A DNA stretch of 37,587 nucleotides from Acidobacteriota bacterium (GTDB taxonomy: Bacteria; Acidobacteriota; Polarisedimenticolia; Gp22-AA2). Location of the stretch: the NCBI GenBank assembly GCA_041482595.1, contig JBGPED010000003.1:1-37587 (forward strand). The letters are read 5' to 3'. Below the pieces are notes generated by a model. It did no database searches and was not told the DNA's origin. It saw only the letters and a program-made list of their open reading frames with translations. Within the stretch, counting starts at the first letter, position 1, and every line of letters starts with the position of its first letter. A program made the translations under genes and the position numbers. Below are positions 10,376 to 19,432 of the stretch, one piece after another.

Positions 10376-11703
10376 GCTTCATCCTTGAGCACATCAGCTG
10401 GATCTGGCAGTTCGCCCTCCCGTTCGTGGTGGTCCTGGGCGTCGTGGTGCTGTTCCACGAGTTCGGGCATTACGTCGTCGCCAAGTGGCTCGGCGTCACT
10501 GTGGAGGTTTTTTCGGTCGGGTTCGGCCCGCGCTTCTTCGGGTGGACCCGCGGCGGCACCGACTACCGCGTCTCCTGGGTGCCGTTGGGCGGCTACGTGA
10601 AGCTGAAGGGGGAGACGCCCGACGAGAGCGGCGGCGCGCTCGATCCCGGCGATCTCATGTCCCGCTCGCGCTTTCAGCGCTTTCTCGTGTTCGTCATGGG
10701 CGCCGTGTTCAACCTGATCACGGCGTACGTCCTGATGGTGGCGATCCTCATCATGGGCATCCAGGAGCCGATCTATCCGTACCAGCCACCAGTGGTCGGC
10801 GACGTCGATCCCGACTCGCCCGCGGTCCAGGCCGGTATCCAGCCGGGCGACCGGATCCTCAGCTTCGGCGGGCAGCCCGTGGCGACCTGGAAGGACCTCG
10901 AGTGGGCCATCCTCCTGAGCCCGGGACAGACCAGGGAGGTCGTGCTCGATCGCTCGGGCCAGCGCCTGACGGTTCAGCTCCCGATCAAGGCCGACACGCG
11001 CAACAGCATCGGCATTCCCTCGATAGCACCCGCCACGGAGGTCCTCGTCAGCGAGCCCCAGCCCGGACGACCGGCCGAGAAGGCGGACCTGCGCAACGGC
11101 GACCGGATCGTCTCGATCGATGGCGTGCCGATGACGACCATCTCGAAGGTCATCAGGACCATCCAGGGATCCGCCGGCAAGCCGCTCGATTTCGTCATCG
11201 AGCGCGGCGGCGGGAGGATCGAGAAAGTCATCACCCCGGTGCGCGACGGGGACAAGGGCGTGATCGGGTTCCTGCCGACGGTCCCCACGACGACGCGGAC
11301 GTACGGCCTGTTCGACGCACTGGGCGGAGCGCTGCGCCGGAACCTCGACAACGCCTCGCTGATGTTCCTGACGCTCAAGAAGCTGTTCCTGGGGGAGCTG
11401 TCCCTGCGCTCGTTCTCGGGGCCGATCGGCCTCTATCTCGCGTCCGGGGTGTCCGCCCAGGAGGGGCTGACCCATTTCCTCGAATTCATCGCTTTTGTGA
11501 GCCTGCAGCTCGGTATCATCAACCTGTTCCCGATTCCTCCCCTGGACGGGGGACACGTGTTCACCCTCCTGATCGAGGGGACGATCCGCCGCGACCTTTC
11601 GGTCCAGCTCAAGGAGCGGGTCATGCAGGCCGGGCTCGTTCTCCTGCTCGTGTTCATGGCCACCGTCATCTACCTCGACATCAGCAAGCTGTTCCCGCGC
11701 TGA
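10372..11703 (+). CDS. rseP: RIP metalloprotease RseP (M50, two PDZ domains)
   Basis: HEFGH zinc motif, FSVGFGP, PLGGYVKL.G, two PDZ domains, NLFPIPPLDGG. TTG start (or GTG 10369) after GGAGG. Confidence 0.95.
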   Translation: MSFILEHISWIWQFALPFVVVLGVVVLFHEFGHYVVAKWLGVTVEVFSVGFGPRFFGWTRGGTDYRVSWVPLGGYVKLKGETPDESGGALDPGDLMSRSRFQRFLVFVMGAVFNLITAYVLMVAILIMGIQEPIYPYQPPVVGDVDPDSPAVQAGIQPGDRILSFGGQPVATWKDLEWAILLSPGQTREVVLDRSGQRLTVQLPIKADTRNSIGIPSIAPATEVLVSEPQPGRPAEKADLRNGDRIVSIDGVPMTTISKVIRTIQGSAGKPLDFVIERGGGRIEKVITPVRDGDKGVIGFLPTVPTTTRTYGLFDALGGALRRNLDNASLMFLTLKKLFLGELSLRSFSGPIGLYLASGVSAQEGLTHFLEFIAFVSLQLGIINLFPIPPLDGGHVFTLLIEGTIRRDLSVQLKERVMQAGLVLLLVFMATVIYLDISKLFPR

Positions 11704-11717
11704 GGGAGACGGACACC

Positions 11718-12812
11718 GTGCCCGCCGCGAAACGGGACCACACGATCCTCTTCACACCCGGCCCCACCGAGGTCTCGCCCGAGATTCTGCGCGAGATGGC
11801 CCGCCCGGTCATCGGTCACCGCGGCGCGGCGATGCAGGAGCTGATCCGCGATCTGCTCCCGCGCCTGCGGACGGTGTTCGGGACGCGCGCGCACGACGTC
11901 TTCCTGACCGCCTGCTCGGCGACCGGGCTGTGGGAGGCGGCCCTCAGGAACTGCGTGGCGCGCCGCGTTCTCGTGCCCGTGTGCGGGGCGTTCTCGGAGC
12001 GCTTCTACGAGGTCGCTCTGGCCTGCGGACTCGACGCCGACCCGCTGCACGTGGAGCCGGGCAGGGCGGTCCCGGCCCAGGCCGTCGCCGACGTGCTCGC
12101 CACCGGCCGCTACGACGCCCTGGCGCTGGTCCACAACGAGACCGCGACCGGTGTGGTCAATCCGCTGCCGGAAATCGCCGAGGCGGTGCGCCGCCAGGCG
12201 GATGTGCTTTTGCTGGTGGATGCCGTGTCATCGCTCGGTGGCATCCCGGTCGAGGTGGACAGGAACGGCATCGACGTCTGCCTGGCCTCGGTGCAGAAAT
12301 GCCTGGCGCTGCCACCGGGATTCTCGGTCTGCGCCGTGTCGCCCCGGGCGCTGGAGCGCTCGGCCCGGCGGGTGGGGAAGGGGTACTACTTCGATTTCCT
12401 GCGGCTGAAGAGCTGCTTCGACAAGGGCACGCCGATGGCCACGCCCTCGGTGAGCCACATGTTCGCCCTGCGGGCGCAGATGAAGCGCATCGAGGCGGAG
12501 GGCCTGGAAGCGCGCTACGCCCGCCACCGCGCCATGGCCGACACGACGCGCGCCTGGGCGGCCGCGCGCTTCGACCTGTTCGCCGAGGAGAAGGCGCGCT
12601 CCAACACGATCACCTGCGTGGCCAACACCCGGAGAATGGACGTGGCCCGGTTCGTCGGGGCCCTGGGCACGCGCGGCTTCGGCGTCAGCAACGGCTACGG
12701 GAAGCTCAAGGAACTGACCTTCCGCATCGGCCACATGGGGGATCACACCGTCGCGGGGATCGAGGAGCTCCTGGCCGCGATGGACGACGTCCTCAAGGAG
12801 ATCGCCGCGTGA
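11718..12812 (+). CDS. Class V PLP aminotransferase (alanine-glyoxylate/serine-pyruvate/phosphoserine aminotransferase-like)
   Basis: FTPGPTEV, VHNETATGV, VDAVSSLGG, SVQKCL..PPG (PLP Lys), FRIGHMG. Translationally coupled to serA. Confidence 0.9.
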   Translation: MPAAKRDHTILFTPGPTEVSPEILREMARPVIGHRGAAMQELIRDLLPRLRTVFGTRAHDVFLTACSATGLWEAALRNCVARRVLVPVCGAFSERFYEVALACGLDADPLHVEPGRAVPAQAVADVLATGRYDALALVHNETATGVVNPLPEIAEAVRRQADVLLLVDAVSSLGGIPVEVDRNGIDVCLASVQKCLALPPGFSVCAVSPRALERSARRVGKGYYFDFLRLKSCFDKGTPMATPSVSHMFALRAQMKRIEAEGLEARYARHRAMADTTRAWAAARFDLFAEEKARSNTITCVANTRRMDVARFVGALGTRGFGVSNGYGKLKELTFRIGHMGDHTVAGIEELLAAMDDVLKEIAA

Positions 12813-14386
12813 AAGTCCTGATTGCCGATAAAATCCTGCCGGTGTGCTCAGAGGTCCTGAAGCGGGCCGGGATCGAGGCCGATCATCGCCCCGGGATCTC
12901 CGGAAGCGATCTCCTTGCGGCGGTCGCCGATGTCGAGGGGATCGTGGTGCGCTCCGACACCCGCATCACCGAGGAGGTGATGCGCAGGGCGCCGAAGCTG
13001 CGCGTCGTCGGCCGGGCGGGCGCGGGGGTGGACAACATCGACGTCGCGGCCGCCACCAAGCGCGGCATCGTGGTGATGAACGCTCCCGGCGAGAACACCA
13101 TCTCGGCGGCCGAGCACACCCTGTCGCTCATGCTCGCCCTGGCGCGTCAGATCCCGCTGGCGGATCGCTCCATGAAGGCCGGACGCTGGGACCGCGGCCG
13201 GATCCTGGGGGTGGAGCTGTCCGGCAAGACCCTCGGTGTTCTCGGTCTCGGAAAGGTCGGACGCGAGGTGGCGGCCCGGGCCCGCGCCTTCGGCATGGAG
13301 GTGATCGGCTTCGACCCGGTCCTCACGGAGGAGGTGGCCGCGCGGCTCGGTGTGGCCCTGGTCCCGATCGAGACGGTCTACGAGCGCTCCGACTTCATCA
13401 CGCTGCACCTGCCGCTGACGGACGGGACGCGGCATCTCATCGGCAGGGACCAGCTCGCGCGCTGCCGGAAGGGCCTGCGCATCCTGAACGTGGCGCGCGG
13501 CGGGATCATCGACGAGACGGCGCTCTGCGAGGCCCTCCGCGACGGTCGCGTGGCGGGCGCCGCCCTCGACGTGTTCGAGAACGAGCCGCCCACCGGCAGC
13601 CCGCTGCTGTCGTTCGACTCGGTGATCCTGACGCCCCACCTGGGCGCGTCCACGCAGGAGGCGCAGGAGAAGGTCGCCGTGCGGATCGCCGAGCAGATCG
13701 CGGCCTACCTGAAGGACAATATCGTGATCAACGCAGTGAACATGGAAGGGATCGATCCCCGCCTGCTGCCGGCCCTGCAGCCTTACCGCGACCTCTGCGA
13801 ACGGCTCGGGAAACTCCTGTCGTCCCTGGCGCGCGGGCCGGTCAGCGAGGTGGCCCTGGAGTACTCGGGGAGCGTGCAGGACTATCCCATGCGCCCGCTG
13901 ACCGCCTCTTTCCTGAAGGGCTTCCTGCAGTCCAAGCTCTCCGACCCGGTCAACGTGGTCAACGCCCAGATCCTCGCGAGGGAAGCGGGGATCAGGGTCC
14001 TGGAGGCCCGGGCGGCCGAGCCGCAGGATTTCACGGCGCTGATCACCGCCAGTCTGCGCGGCCGCGACGGCGAGCGCTCGGCGGCGGGGGCGTTGTTCGG
14101 CAAGCGCGAGCCGCGGCTCGTCCGCCTCGACGAGTTCCACCTCGACGCCCTTCCCAAGGGCGACATGCTGATCGTCAGCAACGACGACCGTCCGGGCATG
14201 GTCGGGCGCATCGGCTCGGCCATCGGCGCCGCGTCCGTGAACATCGCCTATCTGTCCCTCGGCCGCGACCGCTCCGGCGGCCGCGCCATCGCGGTGTTCA
14301 ACCTCGACTCGTCCGTCCCCGACGACCTGTTGCGGGAGATCACGGCGATCGACGGCGTTCTCTGGGCCGAGCGCGTCACCCTCTAG
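12809..14386 (+). CDS. serA: D-3-phosphoglycerate dehydrogenase (type I, with ASB and ACT domains)
   Basis: GRAGAGVDNID, GVLGLGKVG, NVARGGIIDE, ALDVFENEP, TPHLGAST.EAQ, C-terminal ACT NDDRPGMVG. Confidence 0.96.
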   Translation: MKVLIADKILPVCSEVLKRAGIEADHRPGISGSDLLAAVADVEGIVVRSDTRITEEVMRRAPKLRVVGRAGAGVDNIDVAAATKRGIVVMNAPGENTISAAEHTLSLMLALARQIPLADRSMKAGRWDRGRILGVELSGKTLGVLGLGKVGREVAARARAFGMEVIGFDPVLTEEVAARLGVALVPIETVYERSDFITLHLPLTDGTRHLIGRDQLARCRKGLRILNVARGGIIDETALCEALRDGRVAGAALDVFENEPPTGSPLLSFDSVILTPHLGASTQEAQEKVAVRIAEQIAAYLKDNIVINAVNMEGIDPRLLPALQPYRDLCERLGKLLSSLARGPVSEVALEYSGSVQDYPMRPLTASFLKGFLQSKLSDPVNVVNAQILAREAGIRVLEARAAEPQDFTALITASLRGRDGERSAAGALFGKREPRLVRLDEFHLDALPKGDMLIVSNDDRPGMVGRIGSAIGAASVNIAYLSLGRDRSGGRAIAVFNLDSSVPDDLLREITAIDGVLWAERVTL

Positions 14387-17300
14387 AATTCGAATTGCAT
14401 GCCGATCTGGAAGCGGCGGCCGAAGCGGCGCTCGGCGTTGAGCGAGAGCGGGCCGGTGGCGGCGGGGTTTTGCAGATTCACCCTGACGTCACCGGGGGTC
14501 GGCTCGTAGGTGTAGACCCTGAGATCGTCCCGATTGAGAAGGTTGGAGACGTCCAGGAAAAGCGCGGCGGAAGTGCGCCCGATCACCAGGGACTTGCGGG
14601 CGTGGACGTTCACGTCGAGGGTGGCATCATTCCGGAGGCTGTTCCGGCGCACCGGGACGAACCGGCGGTAGTCCTTGCCGGAGTCGAACATGGTGTAGCC
14701 GAAGCGGGTGCGGAACTGCTGGTAGTCGATGTTATCGAAGGCGAAGAAGCGGGAAATAATAGAGTAGGGAAGACCGGAGGCCCACGTGATCGAGGTCCCC
14801 AGCTGCCAGTCGCGCGGCAGATAGGCCATCGCGTTGAGCTTGACGACGTGGCGCTGGTCGTACGACAGGTAGCCGTGCTCGAACTCGGTGGTGGAGGGAT
14901 CGTTCCCGAGGCGCGACTGGTAGTCCTCGGCGTCCCCCATGGCCCTGGAGTACGTGTACGAGGCCTGCATCTGCCAGCGTCGCGCCATGCGCCGCTTGAG
15001 CCCGACCTCGATTCCCCGGTAGCGGGCCTGGTTGAAGTTGCCGATCCTCAGGATCTGGTTGAAGTAGGGGTTGTTGATGTACAGGTCGGGCCGGCCGTCC
15101 GGAGTACGCCTCGACTCCTTGGCAATCTGCACGAGCGCGCCGCTCGCGGGATCGATGTCGTAGGAGATGAAAGTGGTGATGCTGCCGATGGCGTCGATGG
15201 GCTGGCCGGTCACGGGATCGCGCTTGAGGTAGTGGTTGACATCGATGTCCTGGAGCTGCTGCCGGTAGTGCCTGTCGACATAGGTCACCGACAGGGCCAC
15301 CTCGGGATTGATCTCCCTCTCGAACCCGAGCGTCAGCTCGTCGCTGAAGGGTGTCTGCAGGCCTCGATCGACCTGCACGGCCGACGGCGCTGAGCGCGCC
15401 ACGGCGCCGCCGAGGGACCTGTCGAACTCGACCTTGTTGCGCGCCGCCAGGTTGTCGAACAGGTAATACCGGGTAAGCCAGTCGGGTCCCTCCTCGCCCA
15501 CCACCGTACTCAGGAAGAGCTTGTCGAAGTAGCGCCCCCAGGTGGCGAACACCTTGGTCTTGCCGTTCGCCCAGGGATCCCACGAGATGGACAGGCGCGG
15601 CGCCAGGTTGTTGTTCGTGAGGGTCAGACGCTCCGGCGCCTCGACCGGTATGCCGGCCCGTTTCATGAGCTCGGGGTCGGTCCGGCCGTTCGAGAGGACC
15701 TCCGGGATCAGGAACGACAGGCCGGCCGATCCGAAGGTCACGTCGGCGTGGTGGCGGAAGAACAGCCTCGGCATGGCGCTGCGGATCGGGCCGACGATGT
15801 CGGCAGTCTCGGTGGTCGGGTTGGTCAACCCTCCGAAGATCGGGTCCGCGAGGACGCCGAAGCCGACGACCCCGTTGTTGTCGCCGACCACCGTGTCGCC
15901 GCTCGTCGCCTCCGTCCCGATCAGGGCGTTGAGCCGATCGAACCGGACCCGCTCCGGCGCCGGATCGAAGGACGAGTAACCGGACGAGTTCGTGATTTCT
16001 CTGTCGAAGCGCACGCCCAGGCCCAGGCTGAGGTTCGGCCGGGGCTTGTAATTGTCCTGGGCGTAAAGTCCGGCGGTCATTCCGGTGGCGCTGTTCTGGA
16101 ATGTCTGCTGCACCGGCATGAGGGCGCTCACCTCGATCGGGGCGGGGCATCCCCCGCCACCACCAAATCCGCCGCACCTCGGCCATCTGGAGCTGGACGG
16201 ATCAGGGTTGGCGAAGCCGCTGCCGGTGTTCGGGGGAACGAACTGCGACATGAGCTCGCGCGGAGTGATGTCCCGGTCGAAGCCCTCGCGCTCGACGGAG
16301 TAGCCGACCTTGAGATCGTGGCTCCCTTTGAAATCGGGCACGAACACGCTCAGGTCCTGTCGCAGCGTGACGCGCCTGCGGCTGTCGGTGAAGTCCTCGT
16401 AGTAGGGTCCGGTGATTCGGCCCGTGCCGGTATCAATCGTGTAGTCGCGATCCGAGATCTCGGGCCTGAGACGCCCATAGGGGTAGAGGCTCGTCGGACG
16501 AGGCGTGTCGTCCAGGAGATGGTTGTGGTTGCGATCCTCTCCGGGGTCGAGAACGCCGTTGCAGTTGATGTCCTCGCGGTTGCGTCCCTCGCAGTCCCTC
16601 GGGGCCGTGCGCCGTCCGTCCCCGTCGATGTCGACCCACACAAGACGGTCGTCGATCGGGACCCTCGGCTCCACGACGTCGAAATTTCCGTCGAGGTCGC
16701 GGTCCTCTCCCGGGTCACGCTCCGTGAGCTCGGGGAAGCCGTCGTGGTTCGCGTCATAGAACAGGACGCCGTTGCCGTTGATGTCGGGACCGATGTTGGG
16801 GGTCCGGGCCGGCCGCTCGTTGAAGTCCGACGCGGAGGTTTCCAGGGCCACCGCGGGGCTCAGGACGGAGGTCGACCGCAGCGTCAGGATCGTGCCGCCC
16901 GTCGCGTCGCTGAATCCGCTCTCCTCGCGGGTGAAACTGTTGAGGCCGCGATTGAGGTATTTCTGCGGATCGTAGTTGATCGACAGCGCCAGGCGGTGAC
17001 TCGCGCCCGCCTGCCAGGTGAGCTTCAGGAACTCGCGGAACTCGCGCGTCCCCGCGATGAACGCCGTGCTAAGAGCGTTCACCGGCTCTTCCTGCCGGAT
17101 GTACTCGTTCGCCAGGAAGAACCATGCCTTGTCCTTGACGATCGGCCCCTCCAGCGACAGGAACGGCAGGAAATCGTTGAAGGTCATGCTCCGCAGGCCG
17201 TTCTCCCCGACGCCCCCGTGCAGCCTCGGGTCGTCGATCCCGGCGCCGTCACCGTCAAGGACCGACCCCCGCCAGAAGAACTTGAACGTTCCCCTGAAAT

Positions 17301-18036
17301 TGTTCCCTCCGGACTTCGTGATGATGTTCGCGAACCCCCCCTGCGCCCGGCCGAACTCGGCCGTCGCCGCGGAAGTCTTCAGCTCGATCTCCTGGATCGA
17401 CTCGATGTTGAGCTGGGCCCCGATCTTGCCGGTCAGCGGGTCGGTGGTGCTGACGCCGTCGACCAGGGTGACGACGTCGGTGTCCCGCGCGCCGTGGATG
17501 TTCGGGTTGCCGTCGCCGTCGACGTCGCTCACTCCCGGGGCGAGGACCAGGACGTCCTGGTAGTTCCGTCCCAGGACCGGCAGCGCGTCGATGAGCTCCG
17601 AGCCGAACCGGGTCTCGGTCGTGGTGTCTTCCAGGCTCACTATCTGCGGTCTGGCGCGGACTTCGATCCGCTCGCGGAAGCCGGACCCGCGCTGCAGAGT
17701 GACCCGGAGGTGGGTGCTCCGCCCCGCCTGGATTTCGACATCGGAGAGGCCCACCGTGGCGAAGCCTGGAAAGCTGGCGCGCACGGAGTAGTCGCGGGCA
17801 ACTGGGAGGGAGGGGATCTGGAACGATCCGGAGGAGTCCGTGACGGCGGCGCGACCGCTGACCCCCTGGCTGGCGCTCGCCACGACGACCGACACGCCCC
17901 CCAGGGGGGCGCCCCCCTCGTCCAGCACGACGCCACGCAGGTCGCCGTTCGTCTGGGCCTGGATGATTCCGGGCAGACTCCAGCAGACGGCGACTGCAAG
18001 AAAGACCCGCGCGGCGACTCTTCTGAGACCCGTCAT
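14383..18036 (-). CDS. Oar-like TonB-dependent outer-membrane receptor with an N-terminal carboxypeptidase-regulatory-like domain
   Basis: Signal peptide, LRGVVLDEGGAPLGGV, plug LPVLGRNYQD...PGV...AEFGRAQGG..NIITKSG.N, barrel APRLSISWDP..GKTK, YDQRH, C-terminal MQFEF. Start ATG 18036 or GTG 18051. Confidence 0.9.
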   Translation of the reverse strand: MTGLRRVAARVFLAVAVCWSLPGIIQAQTNGDLRGVVLDEGGAPLGGVSVVVASASQGVSGRAAVTDSSGSFQIPSLPVARDYSVRASFPGFATVGLSDVEIQAGRSTHLRVTLQRGSGFRERIEVRARPQIVSLEDTTTETRFGSELIDALPVLGRNYQDVLVLAPGVSDVDGDGNPNIHGARDTDVVTLVDGVSTTDPLTGKIGAQLNIESIQEIELKTSAATAEFGRAQGGFANIITKSGGNNFRGTFKFFWRGSVLDGDGAGIDDPRLHGGVGENGLRSMTFNDFLPFLSLEGPIVKDKAWFFLANEYIRQEEPVNALSTAFIAGTREFREFLKLTWQAGASHRLALSINYDPQKYLNRGLNSFTREESGFSDATGGTILTLRSTSVLSPAVALETSASDFNERPARTPNIGPDINGNGVLFYDANHDGFPELTERDPGEDRDLDGNFDVVEPRVPIDDRLVWVDIDGDGRRTAPRDCEGRNREDINCNGVLDPGEDRNHNHLLDDTPRPTSLYPYGRLRPEISDRDYTIDTGTGRITGPYYEDFTDSRRRVTLRQDLSVFVPDFKGSHDLKVGYSVEREGFDRDITPRELMSQFVPPNTGSGFANPDPSSSRWPRCGGFGGGGGCPAPIEVSALMPVQQTFQNSATGMTAGLYAQDNYKPRPNLSLGLGVRFDREITNSSGYSSFDPAPERVRFDRLNALIGTEATSGDTVVGDNNGVVGFGVLADPIFGGLTNPTTETADIVGPIRSAMPRLFFRHHADVTFGSAGLSFLIPEVLSNGRTDPELMKRAGIPVEAPERLTLTNNNLAPRLSISWDPWANGKTKVFATWGRYFDKLFLSTVVGEEGPDWLTRYYLFDNLAARNKVEFDRSLGGAVARSAPSAVQVDRGLQTPFSDELTLGFEREINPEVALSVTYVDRHYRQQLQDIDVNHYLKRDPVTGQPIDAIGSITTFISYDIDPASGALVQIAKESRRTPDGRPDLYINNPYFNQILRIGNFNQARYRGIEVGLKRRMARRWQMQASYTYSRAMGDAEDYQSRLGNDPSTTEFEHGYLSYDQRHVVKLNAMAYLPRDWQLGTSITWASGLPYSIISRFFAFDNIDYQQFRTRFGYTMFDSGKDYRRFVPVRRNSLRNDATLDVNVHARKSLVIGRTSAALFLDVSNLLNRDDLRVYTYEPTPGDVRVNLQNPAATGPLSLNAERRFGRRFQIGMQFEF

Positions 18037-18387
18037 GGACGTGATCTGCACTCAGGCGGCGATGGTTCGCTGAATATACCAGCGGAGGCCGTCACGCGCC
18101 ACGAGAATCACCCCGCGATCCGGGTCCGGCGGTGGGTCGTTCTGTCCGGGGTGGAACACGGGCCGTTGACCCGCGGCCGCGGGAGGACGGGCACGGGACG
18201 ACGAACCGCGGCGGCGACGGCAGCGACACGCGGGGCGGACCGACCCGAAAGTCGCACCGGAGAGCGGATGCAGAGAGCCAGGGCGGGCGGGGAACGGCGG
18301 GGCGGGTGGCATGGCACGCGCCGTGCACCCGCATCCGCGCGTGACGGCAGATCGCGCGTGGAGCGGACTCATGAGCTTGGGGGAGAC

Positions 18388-18490
18388 ATGGGATGGATCA
18401 CAACAACCGATCGGCTCTCCATCCCGGAGATCCATCCCATTCCACGACGCGGGTGGGGGATCCGATGATCCCCCCTCCCCCAAGATTTTT
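18388..18490 (+). promoter_or_regulatory. Structured leader or terminator-like hairpins upstream of comEA
   Basis: 12-bp inverted repeat ATGGGATGGATC(18388-18399)/GATCCATCCCAT(18429-18440), second hairpin GGGGGATC-CGAT-GATCCCCC (18455-18474), and TTTTT at 18486-18490. Confidence 0.4.
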
Positions 18491-18510
18491 CCTTCACCCA
18501 AGGAGGTTCC

Positions 18511-18825
18511 ATGAGACGACAGAGTCTCCTGTTCATGGGAGTGGTCCTGGTCTTCGCGCTGGCGGTCCTGGCCCTCGTGCCCGGGACCGCCAGGGGAGCG
18601 ACCCCGCAGGCCGCGGCGCCCGGCGAGAAAGTGAACATCAACACCGCCGGCGTGGACGAGCTGGTGGCGCTCCCGGGGATCGGCAAGGCGTACGCGGAGA
18701 GAATCGTCGAATACCGCCAGAAGAACGGTCCCTTCAAGAAGGTCGAGGACATCCTGAACGTCCGCGGGATCGGCGAGAAGACCTTCGAGCGGATCCGGGA
18801 CAGGCTGACCATCGGCAAGAGCTGA
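18511..18825 (+). CDS. comEA: ComEA-family helix-hairpin-helix DNA-binding protein (exported)
   Basis: AAGGAGG SD, signal peptide, KVNINTA...EL..LPGIG...AERIVEYR..NGPFK..EDI..V.GIGEKT. Confidence 0.93.
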   Translation: MRRQSLLFMGVVLVFALAVLALVPGTARGATPQAAAPGEKVNINTAGVDELVALPGIGKAYAERIVEYRQKNGPFKKVEDILNVRGIGEKTFERIRDRLTIGKS

Positions 18826-19424
18826 GGGCCCCCCTGCGGGGCGAGGGCGGCTTCTCCCTGCCGGAAGCTGTCCTCGCCCTCTTCCTTCTCGGTCTTCTCG
18901 CCGCGGCCGCAACCCCGGCGCTGTTCGCCGCCCTGTCGCGCGGACGGGTGACGGCGGCGGCACGCGAGCTGGGGCAGGAGATGGCGCGCCTCCGTTCGGA
19001 GGCGATCGCCTCGCGGCGCGACGTGGCGATGCGCCTCACCTGGTCGGGAGGCCGCTACGCCTACGCGTTCTATGCCGACGGGGACGGCGACGGCGTCCGC
19101 TCGGACGACATCGCCTCGGGCCGCGATCCGCTCCTCGGCGCGGGCCGCGACCTCCCCTCGCGTTACGAGGGGATCGACTTCAGCCTGCCGGACGTGTCGA
19201 TCCCGGAGATCCCCCCCGGCCCCGGCATCCTGCTGCCCGGGTCCGACCCCGTGCGCTTCGGCCGCTCCGACATCATCACCTTCACGCCGCGCGGCACGTC
19301 CAGCAGCGGCACACTGTACGTCAGCGACGGCGGCGGCACCGTGGCCGCGGTCGTCCTGTACGGCGGCACGGGTCGCATCCGGATCTGGCGCTTCGACAGG
19401 GATCGCTGGCTCTGGAGTCGCTGA
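18822..19424 (+). CDS. GspH/FimT-like pseudopilin (class III signal peptide)
   Basis: G|FSLPEAVLALFLLGLLAAAATP, AARELGQEMARLRSEAI, ITFTPRGTSSSGTLYV, TGRIRI. Start is uncertain; CTG overlapping the comEA stop is the candidate. Confidence 0.8.
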   Translation: MRAPLRGEGGFSLPEAVLALFLLGLLAAAATPALFAALSRGRVTAAARELGQEMARLRSEAIASRRDVAMRLTWSGGRYAYAFYADGDGDGVRSDDIASGRDPLLGAGRDLPSRYEGIDFSLPDVSIPEIPPGPGILLPGSDPVRFGRSDIITFTPRGTSSSGTLYVSDGGGTVAAVVLYGGTGRIRIWRFDRDRWLWSR

Positions 19425-19432
19425 TTGCCGGA

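Noticed and set aside
18052-18344. Short ORFs upstream of the TonB receptor
   Set aside because: Low-complexity Arg/Pro/Ala translations with no SD. An extended -10 (TGg-TATATT, 18078..18073) for the receptor lies inside them.
15748-18468. Very long alternative-frame or antisense ORFs (e.g. 906 aa here; also 12844..15393, 20252..22834, 32895..35360, 35249..37564)
   Set aside because: Shadow ORFs expected from high GC and codon bias, overlapping well-supported genes and lacking recognisable motifs.
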